Shown here piece after piece: positions 40,263-53,964 of a stretch of DNA of 64,000 nucleotides; the stretch's first letter is position 1; every line of letters begins with the position of its first letter. The stretch is from Nemertoderma westbladi (taxonomy: Eukaryota; Animalia; Xenacoelomorpha), in NCBI GenBank assembly GCA_032718475.1, contig JAUCBJ010000419.1, positions 13,340 through 77,339 on the forward strand, in the 5' to 3' direction. The notes below the pieces were generated by a model. That model was not told the DNA's origin. It worked only from the letters and a program-made list of their open reading frames with translations, and ran no database searches. The translations under genes and the position numbers were made by a program.

Positions 40263-40760
40263 ATGATGCCACTCTCCCACGAATGATGCCACTCTCCCAC
40301 GAATGATGCCACTCTCCCACGAATGATGCCACTCTCCCACGAATGATGCCACTCTCCCACGAATGATGCCACTCTCCCACGAATGATGCCACTCTCCCAC
40401 GAATGATGCCACTCTCCCACGAATGATGCCACTCTCCCACGAATGATGCCACTCTCCCACGAATGATGCCACTCTCCCACGAATGATGCCACTCTCCCAC
40501 GAATGATGCCACTCTCCCACGAATGATGCCACTCTCCCACGAATGATGCCACTCTCCCACGAATGATGCCACTCTCCCACGAATGATGCCACTCTCCCAC
40601 GAATGATGCCACTCTCCCACGAATGATGCCACTCTCCCACGAATGATGCCACTCTCCCACGAATCCCACGAATCTCCCACGAATGATGCCACTCTCCCAC
40701 GAATCCCACGAATCTCCCACGAATGATGCCACTCTCCCACGAATCCCACGAATCTCCCAG
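40263..40760. repeat. 20-bp minisatellite GAATGATGCCACTCTCCCAC
   Basis: About 20 perfect copies followed by compound units. Confidence 0.95.
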
Positions 40761-41195
40761 GAATCGTCCCATTAAACCACTTTCTATTCATATTGACTAC
40801 CTTATTATTCACGCAACAAAATAACTGTACTAATTTCTAACCATCTAAAATGTGCAATAAAAACAATCAGCAAACAAGGACTTTAATTATCTATAGGTGT
40901 AATATTAGGTGACGCGCTTTCTCATTTTTTCCATTTCTGAACAAAACCATAATATTACACCTTTAATTACAGTTGCATTAACAGCTCAACTCCAATTCAT
41001 TTACTAATTATCTATAGCTGTTCTCGACGCCCAGCAAACCTTCCGCACACCAAGCGCAACGCACCAATAATCAGCAGGAATAGTGGCTCACATATAAAAA
41101 TAATATTAATCTGTGCATAGAAATGTAATGGATTAAATAATAAGAATTGTCTATCGATTTTATAAAAATAAAAATGAAAAATATAATTAATGTGG

Positions 41196-44100
41196 CTAAT
41201 AATTGTGTAAGGAGATATCCGAGACCTCGCTGTCGGTGTCTGCAGCTCGACTGGTCAGGTCGCTTGCGCTGGGGATGATGATGTTGAGAGCTGGTTGCCC
41301 GTGGGTCTCGGTGTCGCCACCGGAGTCGGATGTCATCCGCAGCGGCGTCGGGAGTGTCTCACTCTGCGTGTAGCTATAGCGACCGAACGAGTCTCGCGAA
41401 CTACGCAGCTCACGGGAACTACGGAGCTCACGGGAACTACGCAGCTCACGAGAACTACGCAGCTCCCGCGAACTACGCAGCTCGCGGGAACTCTTTCCGA
41501 ACTCTCGAGAACTTCTTACAACCTCCCGCGAACTCCTACCGAACTCCTGGGAGCTGATCAGATCGGCGGACCGCGGCAACCCGTAGAGACGTAGATCCTC
41601 CTCGATCGGACCTCTACCGGAGGGCGGGACGCCACCGTTAGGAGGCGCTGTGCCGCTAGGGGGCGCAGTGGCGTCGACCACTACTGTTGCTGGTGCGACC
41701 TGTATGAGGGTGGCCGGTTGAGCGGCGGTTCTACCGCCAGTAGGGGGCGCCACCTCCCCGTAGGACCAGTCCTCATCGTCCGGCGGATAAACCCCGGAGC
41801 GAGGTACCGGGGCCGGTTCGCGCGGCCGACGCGACTTCCGTTGTCGCATCTCGAGGAGCGCCTCGTTAATGGGATCGTCGTAACCCGCGGCCTCCTCGAT
41901 GTCGGCCGCATCCGCCATCGTGTTATTGGCGAATTCGTCGAAGTACAACCGGACGCCCGGTCCCCCTGGCAACCGGACGCCCCGTCCCCCGGGCAACCGG
42001 AATTCCCCCTCGCTCCTTAGCAACTCCGTCGGTATGACAACCTCCCCCTCCGATATTCCCACGTCCGGACTGTCCGTCGACGGAGTGCTCACCTGTTCCG
42101 TCGACGTCGAGGGAGTCGATAACGATTTAATGAACGGGGGATCGATGCTCGGGGGATCGATGCTCGGGGGATCGATGCTCGGGGTTCGGTGTTGGACACG
42201 CGGTTGGGGGGTTTCCGTCGGTACCGGTACCGGTGTCGGTACCGGTGTCGGTACCTGCACCGGTGTTGGTGTCGGTACCGGTGAAGGCTCTCTTCGCGTC
42301 GGGATCGTCTCCACTGTTGGCGTCGGAGTTGGAGCCGGACTCGGAACTGGCGTTACTTCCGGGGTCGTCGGAAGGTCGACAACCTCTACCGAGTCGACCG
42401 GAAGTATCCCGGACGTGTCCGGGGTGCGTTCTAGAACGAAATAGTCGACTGGAGAGGCTGGCGGCGGTAGTTCGGGTGGTGGAGGGGGTAGCGGTTGTAC
42501 GGGATGGATAGGTTGCTGGGGAAACGGAGTGGTTGCCGTGGCTACATCGACGGTGGACCGATGGGAGGGGGGAGACGGGAGTGCAGGAGGCGAGAGAGGG
42601 GGAGTCGGGGGATGAGGGGGTTGGGGGGACTGGGGGGGTTGTGTGGGAGCTGGGGAGGCCGCTGGGGGGCGCACACTCTGGGCCAGGACCTCCCGTATCA
42701 ACTCACCCAGCACCGATTCCGTCGCTTCGCCAACCAACCCGGGGTCTACGGTCGGCATCGGAGTGGCGCCCCCTACCGGGGCCGACGGGTACATCCGACT
42801 AATAATCCGCGCCATCAGCTCAGCTTCTATCCAATCAACCGCCTTGTTTTCCACCGCTTGTCTATCCGACCAATCAGCTCTCAGCACATCGCTGGAGGGC
42901 CCGTCCCGACGTCGGATCGACTTCCACTCCCCGGAGTCAGTGGTTCGTCGTTCCGGAGCTCCCGGGAGCGACACGGGAGCTCCCGACTCCTCCTCGAAGC
43001 TCTCCGCCCCGTAACTCTCCTCGTCTCGGTCGGAAACCCGGATGTATTCCGGGCTGCTTAGCAACGGCTCATTGGGTATCTCGACCTGGGGGAGCGTCTG
43101 TTTGGAGAGGAGCGGTTTACTGGGCGGGAGGGGGCGGTCCTCGACCGGGGCTTCGACGACCTTCTCGAGACGAACCTGGGCGCCGTGGTGGGGGAGAGTG
43201 ATGGTAACCGGGACGACGGAGGAGGGTTGCTGCGTGGGGGGACCGAGGGGGACGGCCTGGTAGGGGAAGAATACAGTGGGAGGAAGAGGGGGGGCGACGG
43301 AACAAGGGGGGACGGAACGCGGGGGGACGGAACGCGGGGGGACGGAACGGGGGACTGGTTGACGGGGAGAACGTTCCACTCGTACCGGGCGTTCCATCGG
43401 CGCGAAACGTTCCACGCGTGAGGAACGAGGTTTACCTGTCGGTTTAACCGACTTCTTTGCCGCCTTCCCGTAGACCTGCTCTAGGTATTCCTGGGATGGC
43501 TGTTTGGTTGGGCCGACGACCGGTTTCGCCACCCCAACCGGTCTACGCGGCTGGTACAACCTCCCCTTGGGACCGCGCTTCCGCTCCGGGGAGAACGGTT
43601 TCCCGGGGAGCTCGTGGACCAACTCCGCCTCGATCTCGGAGCTGAGGTGTCCGATAAGGTCGCCCACGATTCCCTTGAGTCGTATCCGTTCGGCGGCGAC
43701 CGAATCGTACGGGATCGCGTCGACGTTCGCGTACAGATCGGCGTCGCGACGCCCCTTGCAAACCGCCTCCAGGTTGGCCTCGAGATGGGAGTGGACCCGG
43801 TCTACAGCCTGGACGCGTTGCTGCAGTAACTCGAGGCTGGGTAGATCCGGGGGCAGACGGTGCTGCAATCTGATTGGTTGATCTTCAGTCGAGGAAGGAT
43901 ACTCAGACACCAGAGTGGGGCCCTTTAGCGTAGACTTTATGTATTTATCGAGTATCTCCTGTTTGGTCTCGGCGTATTGACCAATAAGCGTACGTTTGGT
44001 CGGTAACCCGGTAGGATGTTCTCCTTCTAGGAATTCTCGCATTTCGGTACGCAGATTCTGCAGGTCTCGCACCAGATCGGTGGCTTCTTTAGTAGCAGGA

Positions 44101-46668
44101 CTGAAGTTGGCAGAGCCGGGTGTATATCTGGCGCTCACGGGGCTGTACCTAGCGGTCACAGGGCTGTTGTACAAAGGCGTTCCTGAAAGCGAAATATGAT
44201 TCCCGTTTAAAAATAAATTGTATTTCTTACACAAAAAGGAGGATATATAGAGCGCAATTAGAATAAGCGTTAGAAATTTCAGTTTTACTGTACCGGTACC
44301 CAAAAAATGAAAAAATAGGAATAGGATAATAAAAAAAGGGAAACCAATTTATTATAGTTTCTTTTAAATATGTACGGGTACGGGCACGCCTCTAATCTTG
44401 GCTAAGTGATTTATTGTTGTTTTAGGTCAGGCAGTTCAGGCAGGTGCAGACGTGAACCTCACCCTACAACCTCCTACCTCACCCTCACCCTCAAGCACCC
44501 TCAAGCTACAACTAACCCTCATCTTGATGGCAGAGAAACTAGTGAATATAATAAACGGACTGTCTTCTAATAGTATAGTAGGCCTAATAGGCTTAATAAT
44601 AATAGTGTTATACGACAGGATTAGTAGCCAAAAAAAGTACCGGTAATGTTTTTCGATAAGAAAAATATCGGAAATAATTTATTGTTTGTCACTAATTAAT
44701 TTGACTAAAATTATAAATGATTGTAAAAAAAAGCTCAATGAAATTGTTACTGTACATATTTAGAATCCCTGCAGTTGCAACGTAAGCTATCTAAATATAT
44801 ATTAAATAATATTGATGCAAATGTGTAGAATAGCCGCCATGATGGAAACGAAGGGTGCGATTTGATGATTTTAAATCGCTAATAAATAATTATAAGGCAA
44901 AGTTAAAAATTCTAACTTCGTATAAATGGATGGTGAGAAAATGACAACTATATTGTACTGGTCCATGTTGTTTTTGTATTTTCAAAACACATCACATAGG
45001 CCGATTTCAACCATGTAAACAATAAACAGAATTTATAATTATAATTTATTATACATTTCTTAGTCTGGGTTTCGGAGTCATTGCGTGTTACATTCCGTTG
45101 GACATAGAGTTGAAAAATGAAGCGTCACGCGTCACCGTCTATTTCAAAGTTTCTATCAAATAACACTGATTTTCGCGGTCCATGGACCAACATTGAGAAA
45201 AACCTGGTGAAGAATATATATTATTCTTCGAAGATGTGAAGAATACATATATGCATAGCTGCATAGAAAATAAAGAAATTCCCCAAACGAAATCTATGAG
45301 GGCACTGAGAAATACATCAAAAACCGTAAGAAAATATCGAAAAAAGGAGCGCAGTTAAGAATCAGAAACAGTTTTATTTGTTTAAAAATAAAAATAATTA
45401 CCTGGAGATTTATCCGTGTTTAGGATTTGTTTCAACAGAATTCCACCTTCTGATTGTTTACTCTTCCCAGTCTTCTTCTGTGTCCCTCCCACCTTACCGG
45501 TCCCGCCCATCGGGTGCGGCTGCGGGGGGCCCTGTCTTGGCGCCGGTGTCTCTAGCACCGATCCACGAGTCGTCCTCGTCGCCTTGGGGTTCCTCGACGA
45601 CTCGCAACTAACGATAAACCGGGGCGGCGAATCCGGGAAGGAGAGATTCAACTCGGGGTCCGTAGTTAACGACGCACTGCGCGGCGTGGGCACGGACACC
45701 GCTCCCATAACCCGCTCGAGTCGCTCCAATCGACTCGCTAGCTCGCTGGACTCCCCGGTGACGCCCAAATCCCCCAACCTCGCGGACAGCGCGGATATCT
45801 GCGTCTCGAGTTCCCGATGGATCGAGAAGAAGGGGGTGGTCGCGGCGACGGCAGCTACAGCTGCTGCTGCCGCGGTTACGGAACGATCATCACCGGTGTA
45901 ATCACCTCCATCGGAACGGACCCCCAAGGAATGCCCATCGCCGAGGTACTTCGGATAAACAACTTGTTTTATAGGAACGTTTTTCGAAAGGTTCTGGCTG
46001 TTTAGTTTTTTTATTAGAGACCGTTCCTTATCTGTGAGTTGCGTGGATTTTATTTGCAGCTTAGAATTACTTACAGGTTTCTCCACCACCAGCGGCGGTT
46101 CAACTTCCCGCTGCAACTTTCCGTTACGGACAGCGGCGAGACGCGGGACGCAGATTCCGTTAACCAGCGTCTCCCCTGGGAACATTTCCACCGGATCTCC
46201 TTGACCACTCGCCCATAACTTCGGGGGAATCGGTTGTCTAGTTTTGTTGCCTTTATCTGATAAAGAGGATTCGCTTCTGGAACTGGAAGACAAGTCGGTA
46301 CTGTTGTTATACGCTAATATATCTATTATAGAAGTCGATTTATTGTCATCTGAACAGTAGGGGCTCCCCTTGAAATATTCGTTTGCATTATTTATGTTTG
46401 GAGACGCGACTTTGTCATCAACATGTTTATTCACTTTATCATTTACATTAAGGGGGCTGGTTGAGTTGATTAGAACCTGCGATGCAGTAGAAGATGGTTC
46501 CGAGGAACCATTTTGAGTCCCAGGATCCCCATCTTGATTGATGGAATCAAGAAATCCGTTATTAAAATTCTTATCAATGTCATCGACAACGAATTTAACA
46601 GCTTTCGATGTAGCCTCGAGGAGGCTATTACTTGCAACTTCGAAAGGATTTTCCAAAATCTTCGCCAT
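41196..46668 (-). CDS. KIAA0586: TALPID3/KIAA0586-like centrosomal/ciliogenesis protein (~1417 aa, 2 coding exons)
   Basis: Exons 46668-45402 (CCAG|GTAATT) and 44182-41196 (TTTCAG|GA), phase 1. Family-like motifs VTAAAAAVAAVAATTPFF..ELETQI, ENKAVDWIEAELMARII, ISEGE/SEGE; Pro-rich C-terminal half. Confidence 0.8.
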
Positions 46669-46763
46669 TTTATATATACCTGTCAGCCTGTACTATAAAT
46701 ATTCACTTTATTTTCTGAATCATTGAATTCATACCGGTTGCCGGTACCGCGTAATCTACTGAA

Positions 46764-47003
46764 CTATTCAGAAAAAAGTAGGACTTTAACAACAAAAACG
46801 GCTGTTGCGATAAATATAACACCGGATAATGCTAGTGGGATAAACAGGCCCCAGTAGCTGTTAGGGAAGAAGCATAAAATGTGAAGAGTTTCGGGTAGAG
46901 GAATCAACGGAAGTAAAATAATCCATAAAGTGTAGTAGGAAAATGTGATAAAGGAAACCGCAAACAAAAAGTTACCAAGTAAATGATCATAACCGAGAAT
47001 CAT
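46764..47003 (-). CDS. DPM2: Dolichol-phosphate mannosyltransferase regulatory subunit 2 (79 aa, intronless)
   Basis: Two TM segments with the DPM2 signature D..LG....VS...FSYYTLWIILLP...H..FFP..W...IPL. Confidence 0.88.
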   Translation of the reverse strand: MILGYDHLLGNFLFAVSFITFSYYTLWIILLPLIPLPETLHILCFFPNSYWGLFIPLALSGVIFIATAVFVVKVLLFSE

Positions 47004-47212
47004 TACGCCTCATCGACATATCATATACAATATCTGAATATAGACTGATAATCCAATAGGCCTATATAACAGTAAAGGACAGACTGACAGAAGGACAATA
47101 CCGGTACCGGTACTACAAGTACTACTACTTCGATTGGTAAAGGTAAGGTATCTATCTGTACGTCGCAAAAAGTATTTTCGGACAAAACCTATACATACTG
47201 TAATTGTTATCA

Positions 47213-50200
47213 TAGATAGATAGATTTATTTATACATTATGTAAAAACAATAACAAATACACCAAACAATGTACCGGTATAAAAGGTATTGTCCAACATA
47301 ACATATAGGATTACGCCTAAAGCTTTGCAGCTTATTTCCAAGGGGGTCCTTTATGTTACTTGGTTACAAATACAATATTACACTACGCTAACCTAAAACC
47401 AATATAAAACATTATTACACTATGTGTAAGTACATGTACAACTTTACCGAGAGCGTGACAATGCCCGACTCAACGATAAATATGTAATGTACAGAACAAT
47501 TTAATATAAAACGTAATTACAGTATAAATAGTAAATAATTAATAAACTAATAACTTACTGTAGGACTATTGTACCTATTTTTACATTGCTCACGGAGGTG
47601 AGATTTAACTGCAGATTTAAAAGAATGTTGAAAATCTAGGTTTTTAATTTCATTAGGCAGAGCGTTCCAATTTTTAATACCGTTAAAAAAGAAAGTATCA
47701 GATTCAAAGGATTTACAATTCGGGAGGTAGAAGTTTGAAGCACTAGCTCTGGTACTGTAAGAGTGTGTATCGCGTACTCTGTTGAATTTTTGTTTTAGGT
47801 AATTGGGACATTTACCATTATACACTTTATGCACATGGTTAAGGCGTAGCTGCTTAACTCTACTATCTAAGTTAAGTAGTCCAGATTCAGAAAAGTCATC
47901 TGGAGTTAGGTGGTGCCTAGGTTTGTAGTCTTTAATAAATCGTACTACTTTATTCTGAGTTACTTGTAATTTACATTTAAGCTGTTTGGTTAAGCCTTCA
48001 TACCAAGAAGAGCACGCATAGTCCATGTGACACTGTATTAAAGAAGAGCAAAGTAACTTGCGGGAGTCGGTGTTCAAACTATTTTTATTTCTGTATAGAA
48101 ACCTAAGCCTACTGTTAACTTTCGAGAAAATATTTTTCACTGTGCTTTCTCCTGATAAGCAGTTATCCAATGTGGCGCCTAAATATTTAACTTCCTTTTT
48201 ATTTTCAATCTTATGTCCATTACTAGTGACTTCAAACTTAGTTACCTTCTTTAACTTTCTTTTGGAACCAAACAAAATACTTTCAGTCTTACCGTAGTGA
48301 ATGGATAGCTTATTATCAACCAACCACTCATTACAGGATTCTAGAACTGCACTTAACTTTTGGGAAATATGGATAGGATCTTTATGAGAGAAAATAAGAG
48401 CACTGTCGTCGGCATATAAAATGAATTTAAAATCGGGATCTATACTACTTATCATATCATTTACATAGCATACAAAAAGCAGAGGACCTAATTGCTACTA
48501 AACTAGGCTAAGCAACAAACCAAATTGTGGCCCTTTATTTAATTTTCCTTAGCTTCGTGGTTGCATTTCCTTTAGGAAATGCCTTTCTAGTAGTTAGTAT
48601 TAATACTACCTTGCGGTACACCACAGGTAATCTCTTGTACAGTAGACTGCGATTTGCTAATGACTACAGTTTGACCTCTGTCTGACAGGTAGGACTTGAA
48701 CCAGTCTATAGAACCTACACCCATCAGGCCTAACTTACCAAGCAGAATTTCGTGATCTACAGTATCGAAAGCCTTTTGTACAGTAGGTCCAACATTACCA
48801 TACCAGTATATAAACCCTTTGCGTTATTACATCTAATTGTATCAGTTAAGTTAATAAGGCAGGTGTCTGTAGAATATGATTTACGAAAACCGGACTGAAG
48901 TTCATAGATCAGATTTAGCCTTCTAAGATGTGCTTCCAGCTGTAGAAAAACAGAACGTTCTAGAATTTTAGATACAATACTTAAGATACTAACAGGTCTG
49001 TAATCACAGGGTTCTACTTTACTATTCTTTTTATACAGAGGAACAACCTTAGCTAATTTCAGTTCGTCTGTACTACATTATCTACGATAGAGTAATTAAT
49101 AATAAAAGTAATAGGCACTTTAAGTACTTCAGCACCATCCTTAAGAAAACGGGCAGGTATTAGGTCTAGACCGGTACTTTTTGAGGCTGATAGGCTAAGT
49201 AGATTTTGAAAAACGAAATCCTCAGAAACGGGTTGTAAAAGTAACTTTTGTGAATTTTGTAACTTTTCTAAATAAAAATTATTTAGAGTTTCGGACCCTA
49301 TACTATATTTATTACTTGATAACGGTAACTTCTTAACTAAATTAGAGGCAACATTAGTAAAATAATTATTAAATAAATTACTAACTAGAGTATGATCATG
49401 AATCAGCTCACCGTTATCTTGCAGAACAATACTCGATTTAGATTTAAGGTTTTTATAACCTAAAGATTTTAGGGTAGACCATAGACTTTTAGGATTATCT
49501 TTATTCTCACTTATTTTGTTGTACAAATAATACAGATTTAGCTTTTTTTATTTCCCGTTGGACAAGGTTTCTATATTTGCAGTAATTATTATAATCAGCT
49601 AAAACACGGTATTTCCTAAATTTATAGAAATAGTTCTCTTTCTCTGATATTACTAAGAATACCCGAGGTCATCCTGGGCTCAGTGCGTTGTTTAAGACTA
49701 ATTTATTTAATTGGTGCTACAGTATTAAGTGCCTTTAGAAATATATCTTTAAAAACAGTGTACGCAAGGTTAATGTCAGCGGCCTTAAAACAGGGTTCCC
49801 AGTCAGAATTAACTAACAAACTTAAAAAGCGTTCCTTGCTGTAATTTTTCATAGACCTAACTGTTACTGTTTTATGATCCCCGAAAAAAGAATTTTGTGT
49901 CTTTCTTATGCAAAAATAACTATAAAATGATCGCTTAGACCTATTGGTAAAACCCTAGATTGAGAAATAATATCGGTATTATTACAAAGGATGTGATCTA
50001 GTAAAGTAGAAGTTTTACTGGTAATTCTGGTAGAATCTCGAATAATTTGTTTTAAACCAACAAATTTAAAATACTTTGGTACTGCTTACAGATGGGGGAT
50101 GCTTTGTGATGGTAACAGATATTAAAATCACCTAAGAAATATATTTCACAGTCTGACCTAAGATTATATAAAATTGTATTTTCAAAATTTTGTAAAAAAT

Positions 50201-51250
50201 ATGATTGTTTAGGGGGCCGATATAAAGTACCGATTAAAATAGGTTTAGTTTTAGGAAGTAAAAGTTCCACCAGTAAAACTTCGTCACAAGTCTCTAAATC
50301 TTCCCTACGATTAAAAGCTAAATCACATCGAATGTAAGTACAGACACCACCACCGTGTCTGTCCCTATCCTTACGTAAAACTACGTAATTATCAATATAA
50401 ATTTCTCCATCAGAAACGCTATCATCGAGCCAAGTTTCAGAGATTGTTAAAACTGCTGGGTTGGATTTATTGATTAAAATACGAATTTCGGAAAGTTTGG
50501 GAAGCAGAGATCGTGCATTTAAATGCAAAAAATGCAGACTTTTTTTCTTAAAAAATTTAAAAGTTTCACTCTCAGCATCACTTGGAGTTTGCAGAGGCGA
50601 TGTGAGGAAAGAATCGTCGGTTTCTGATTCTAAACAACTGAAATAGTATCATGAAAGGGAAGTTCGGTAAAAATACAGCTATTGCAGAGAAAACTTTGGC
50701 TCAAGATTGTTTCTGGTGGAGAATAAATTACTGCTTTTCCTACGGTAACATTTTAAATGTACAAATGTGTCACAACTCTCGCAATGGACGATCTTACTCC
50801 GAGAGTTTGTTCCTCGTTGACAGACGGGACAGTTGATCTTCGGGCCCGCGTCTTGCTGGGTCCTGGGTTGGTCTCAATATCCCCAGCCAGAGACAGAAGA
50901 CAGAGTTTGGCGATTAGGCCTCTAGTTCGTGGAGAGGAGGAGCCCCAAGATCTTCTTCCCCGACGAGCACCTGACGAGAGCAGTAGAGGCTAAATCCACT
51001 CGTCGACCACATCTCCGTCGATTCGGCGCGGCAGTTCGAAATGGTAGCGACAGGGTGTTCCGCAACGCAAACCAGTCCAATACCGGTATTAGGTGGGTTG
51101 CAGGGTTACCCCGCGGATCGGATGGTTCTGCCACAACGAAACGGCCCAGAACGATGAAAACTGTGGAGATTAAGAGCGGTGACATTAGTAGTCCGACTCA
51201 AAGAGCGGTGATGGCAACTGTCTTTTCGAGCAATTGCTGTATGTGGCTTG
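47213..51250 (-). mobile_element. CR1/L2-group LINE, near full ORF2 (2A motif - PHD finger - APE endonuclease - RT), frameshifted
   Basis: GDIETNPGP (50884-50858); CPVC..CESC....HLKC..CNSC; HLNARSL, SETWL, YRPP, GDFN; [25 protein letters not shown]; 3' AATAAA-(TCTA)n tail at ~47213-47231. 5' end uncertain. Confidence 0.9.
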
Positions 51251-51752
51251 GAAAGTATTTATTCTACTTTTCGCAAGAAACTGATATTATTCATGATATC
51301 CAAGCGCCCTAAGCTGGATACGTGGTCTGGTTCCTCTGATTAGGCCAACATCAAGTTGTCCAAAATGACTAGGAACAGTGTTTTGGGCAAAAGAGACCGG
51401 AGATATGGCAATGGCTGGACTCGTAAACATGTACGTCTACTGTAGGCCTACCGACAGACATAGTTGGATTCAGTTTCCAAGCAGTTTCTTTTGGGAATGT
51501 CACAATTTGATGTCGCTCAAGGCGTCCTTTACCTTGTAAAGGACGCATTGATGTCGCGATTACCTTAGAAAACACAAAGCAATGTCCATTATAAAGTTGT
51601 GACTGCTATCGGGATTATTTGAACTCTACATACTGTAAATCTACCTATTTGATTTTTTATTCACACATACATTTATATTTATTCATACATACAGTACATT
51701 ACATATATTTATTCATACTGTACATACTCTATCTACAGCTACACCACCACCA

Positions 51753-52638
51753 CTAGGTCGAGCGAACTCGGACAGTGGAAATGAGATCCTTCCAGGCTTC
51801 CCGATTCTCCATAGTTGTCGCAATTTCGTTTCTCCCAAGTTCAGTATCCCTTTCAAGTTGATCTATATATGTTATGGCAGGTCGTCCACGACTACGCTTT
51901 CCATGAGTTGGTTGCCAGAGAAGTAGATCTGGTATGACCTCGTCTTTACTTCGCCAGCAGTGCCCACTGAATCTTAATCTGCGTTCACGGAGGGTGGTTG
52001 ATACAGGTGGTATTGTACCATAAAGCTCGGCGTTTGTCATGTGTTGTCTCCAGCTGATGTTTAGGGCTGCCCTTAGTAGTCTTGTGTAGCAACCATCAAT
52101 TCGTTGTTCAAGTGATTTAGTCAGTGTCCAGGTCTCACCGCCGTATAAAAATACACTTTCCACTGTGGCTCGAAAGAACTTAGTCTTCAGGTGCCTGGTG
52201 AGATCTGATTTCCAGATGGTATCCATTTTTGATAGAGCTACCCAAGCCTTTGCTTTCCTAACTTCTATGTCCTTTTTGCTACTCTCTATCCATGATCCAA
52301 GGTACTGGAAGTCATCGACCTTCCTTAGTTGATTATTATCAATGGTTGTCAAGTTTCCATCAACATTAAAGGTCATGAATTCGGTCTTGGTAGCATTTAT
52401 ATGCAATCCAACCTCCTTAGCAGCCCTCTCCACTTTATTTAGTATAAGCTGTGCATCTGCTAGCATATTAGAGAGCAGGGCGATGTCATCCGCAAAGTCG
52501 GTGTCTGTGACTGTAGTTGCCGGATATCTACTACTTCTGCGTTCTTGAAGTGTGAATCCCAGATCTTCACCCTTTGTGGCCGTCCTCATTGCGTAATCCA
52601 GCACAATTACAAATAGTAATGGTGCTAATGTGTCACCT
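51753..52638 (-). mobile_element. 5'-truncated RTE-like LINE (RT C-terminal half, frame intact)
   Basis: DTLAPLLFVIVLDY, DFADDIALL, GLHINATKTE, FQYLGS, ETWTL; (TGG)n tail. Confidence 0.9.
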
Positions 52639-53408
52639 TACATCATCACTGTCATCTACAGCTACAGTATACATACTGTATTATGTTTAGATAAATGTTT
52701 GGCTATCAGTAAAATAATTAGTTCCAAGAAAAATGTTTGTAGCGAATCAGCTCAATGTGTAATACAAATATAATGGTTTTTTTCAGATAGGCCGAAACGT
52801 ACGAAAAGTGATGGTTCAACCCCCGGTGACGCGCTTCCTCATTTTTTCCACTTCTGAACAATTATATTACATTATTATTTACAGTTGCATAAACAGCTCA
52901 ACTCCAATATATTTAATACAAATATACTGTACGATGAAGAAGAACGGTGTGATAAAAAAATGAAATGACTGCTGTACTGTATTTTAAATACTAATAACTA
53001 GTAGGTATTAGGTATTAGGTAGGGATAAGGGGATTCATTTAAACCCAGGGACGACTTTTAAACCTAGGTTATGTTGATCGTTGATCAAGGGATTCATTTA
53101 AACCTAGTTTTAAATGATTTAGGAGTCATTACTTATGGAATTCATTACAAACTAGTACCCAACATTCGAAGGACATTCATTTCAACCTACAGTAGGTTAG
53201 AAAGTAGGCCCCAATCAAGGGAGTCTTTTTTCAGGGGGATTCAATAGAAACTAGCACACCGGTAATAGGTGGGTAAATGGGTTGGTAAAACCCCGGTATT
53301 ATCACGATATACTCGATGCTTATGTCGTTATGGCCCTGTATTGCATCGCGGTGTACAGCGGTAGCTCGTGTCAATACGATACCTAAAAAACTTAATATAT
53401 CTGTATAT

Positions 53409-53703
53409 TACGGTGGCTGATTTGGGCCAATTAGATTAGGATTTTTTTCCTGGGTATATTGTTACCAATTGAGGAAAGGAGCAGGTTATAGAGGCAGGCT
53501 TTTCTAACCAAAACAATAAAGGATTTTTGTTACCAATTGAGGGAAAGGAACAGGTTACAGAGGCATCCTTTTCTAACCAAACAATAAATTTATCCCGGGT
53601 GATCTTATTTATCACCCGGGTAATATTATTTATCACCCGGGTGATGATATTATCACCCAGAAAAAAAATATCCTAATCTAATTGGCCGAAATCAGCGACC
53701 GTA
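53409..53703. mobile_element. Short TIR element related to 6348-7402
   Basis: TACGGTGGCTGATTTGGGCCAATTAGATTAGGAT ... ATCCTAATCTAATTGGCCGAAATCAGCGACCGTA; no TSD seen. Confidence 0.65.
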
Positions 53704-53964
53704 AAATCTACCTGACTGATTCCTTCTAAACTTTTGACGGACTACACGTACGTACTGTACGGTACCAATTAAGTTTGGTTTTTGATTTCATCAAGGAATA
53801 ACCGAATTATTAGCGATCAAAAATTTACGACGAGAGACAACTCGTTCCCTGCGTGATGAGAGACAACTCGTTCCCTGCATGATGAGAGACAACTCGTTCC
53901 CTGCGTATTCTGAACAATACTGCCCACCTCTACACCGTGGAAGTGTTTTCTGTTCAACTGACGC

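Noticed and set aside
40206-40812. Three overlapping minus-strand ORFs
   Set aside because: Translations of the 20-bp minisatellite.
41295-44199. Many short ORFs overlapping TALPID3 exon 2
   Set aside because: Shadow ORFs expected in GC-rich coding DNA.
51330-51600. Exon-like segments on both strands beyond the LINE 5' end
   Set aside because: Splice-like signals are present, but there is no recognisable homology or partner exon.
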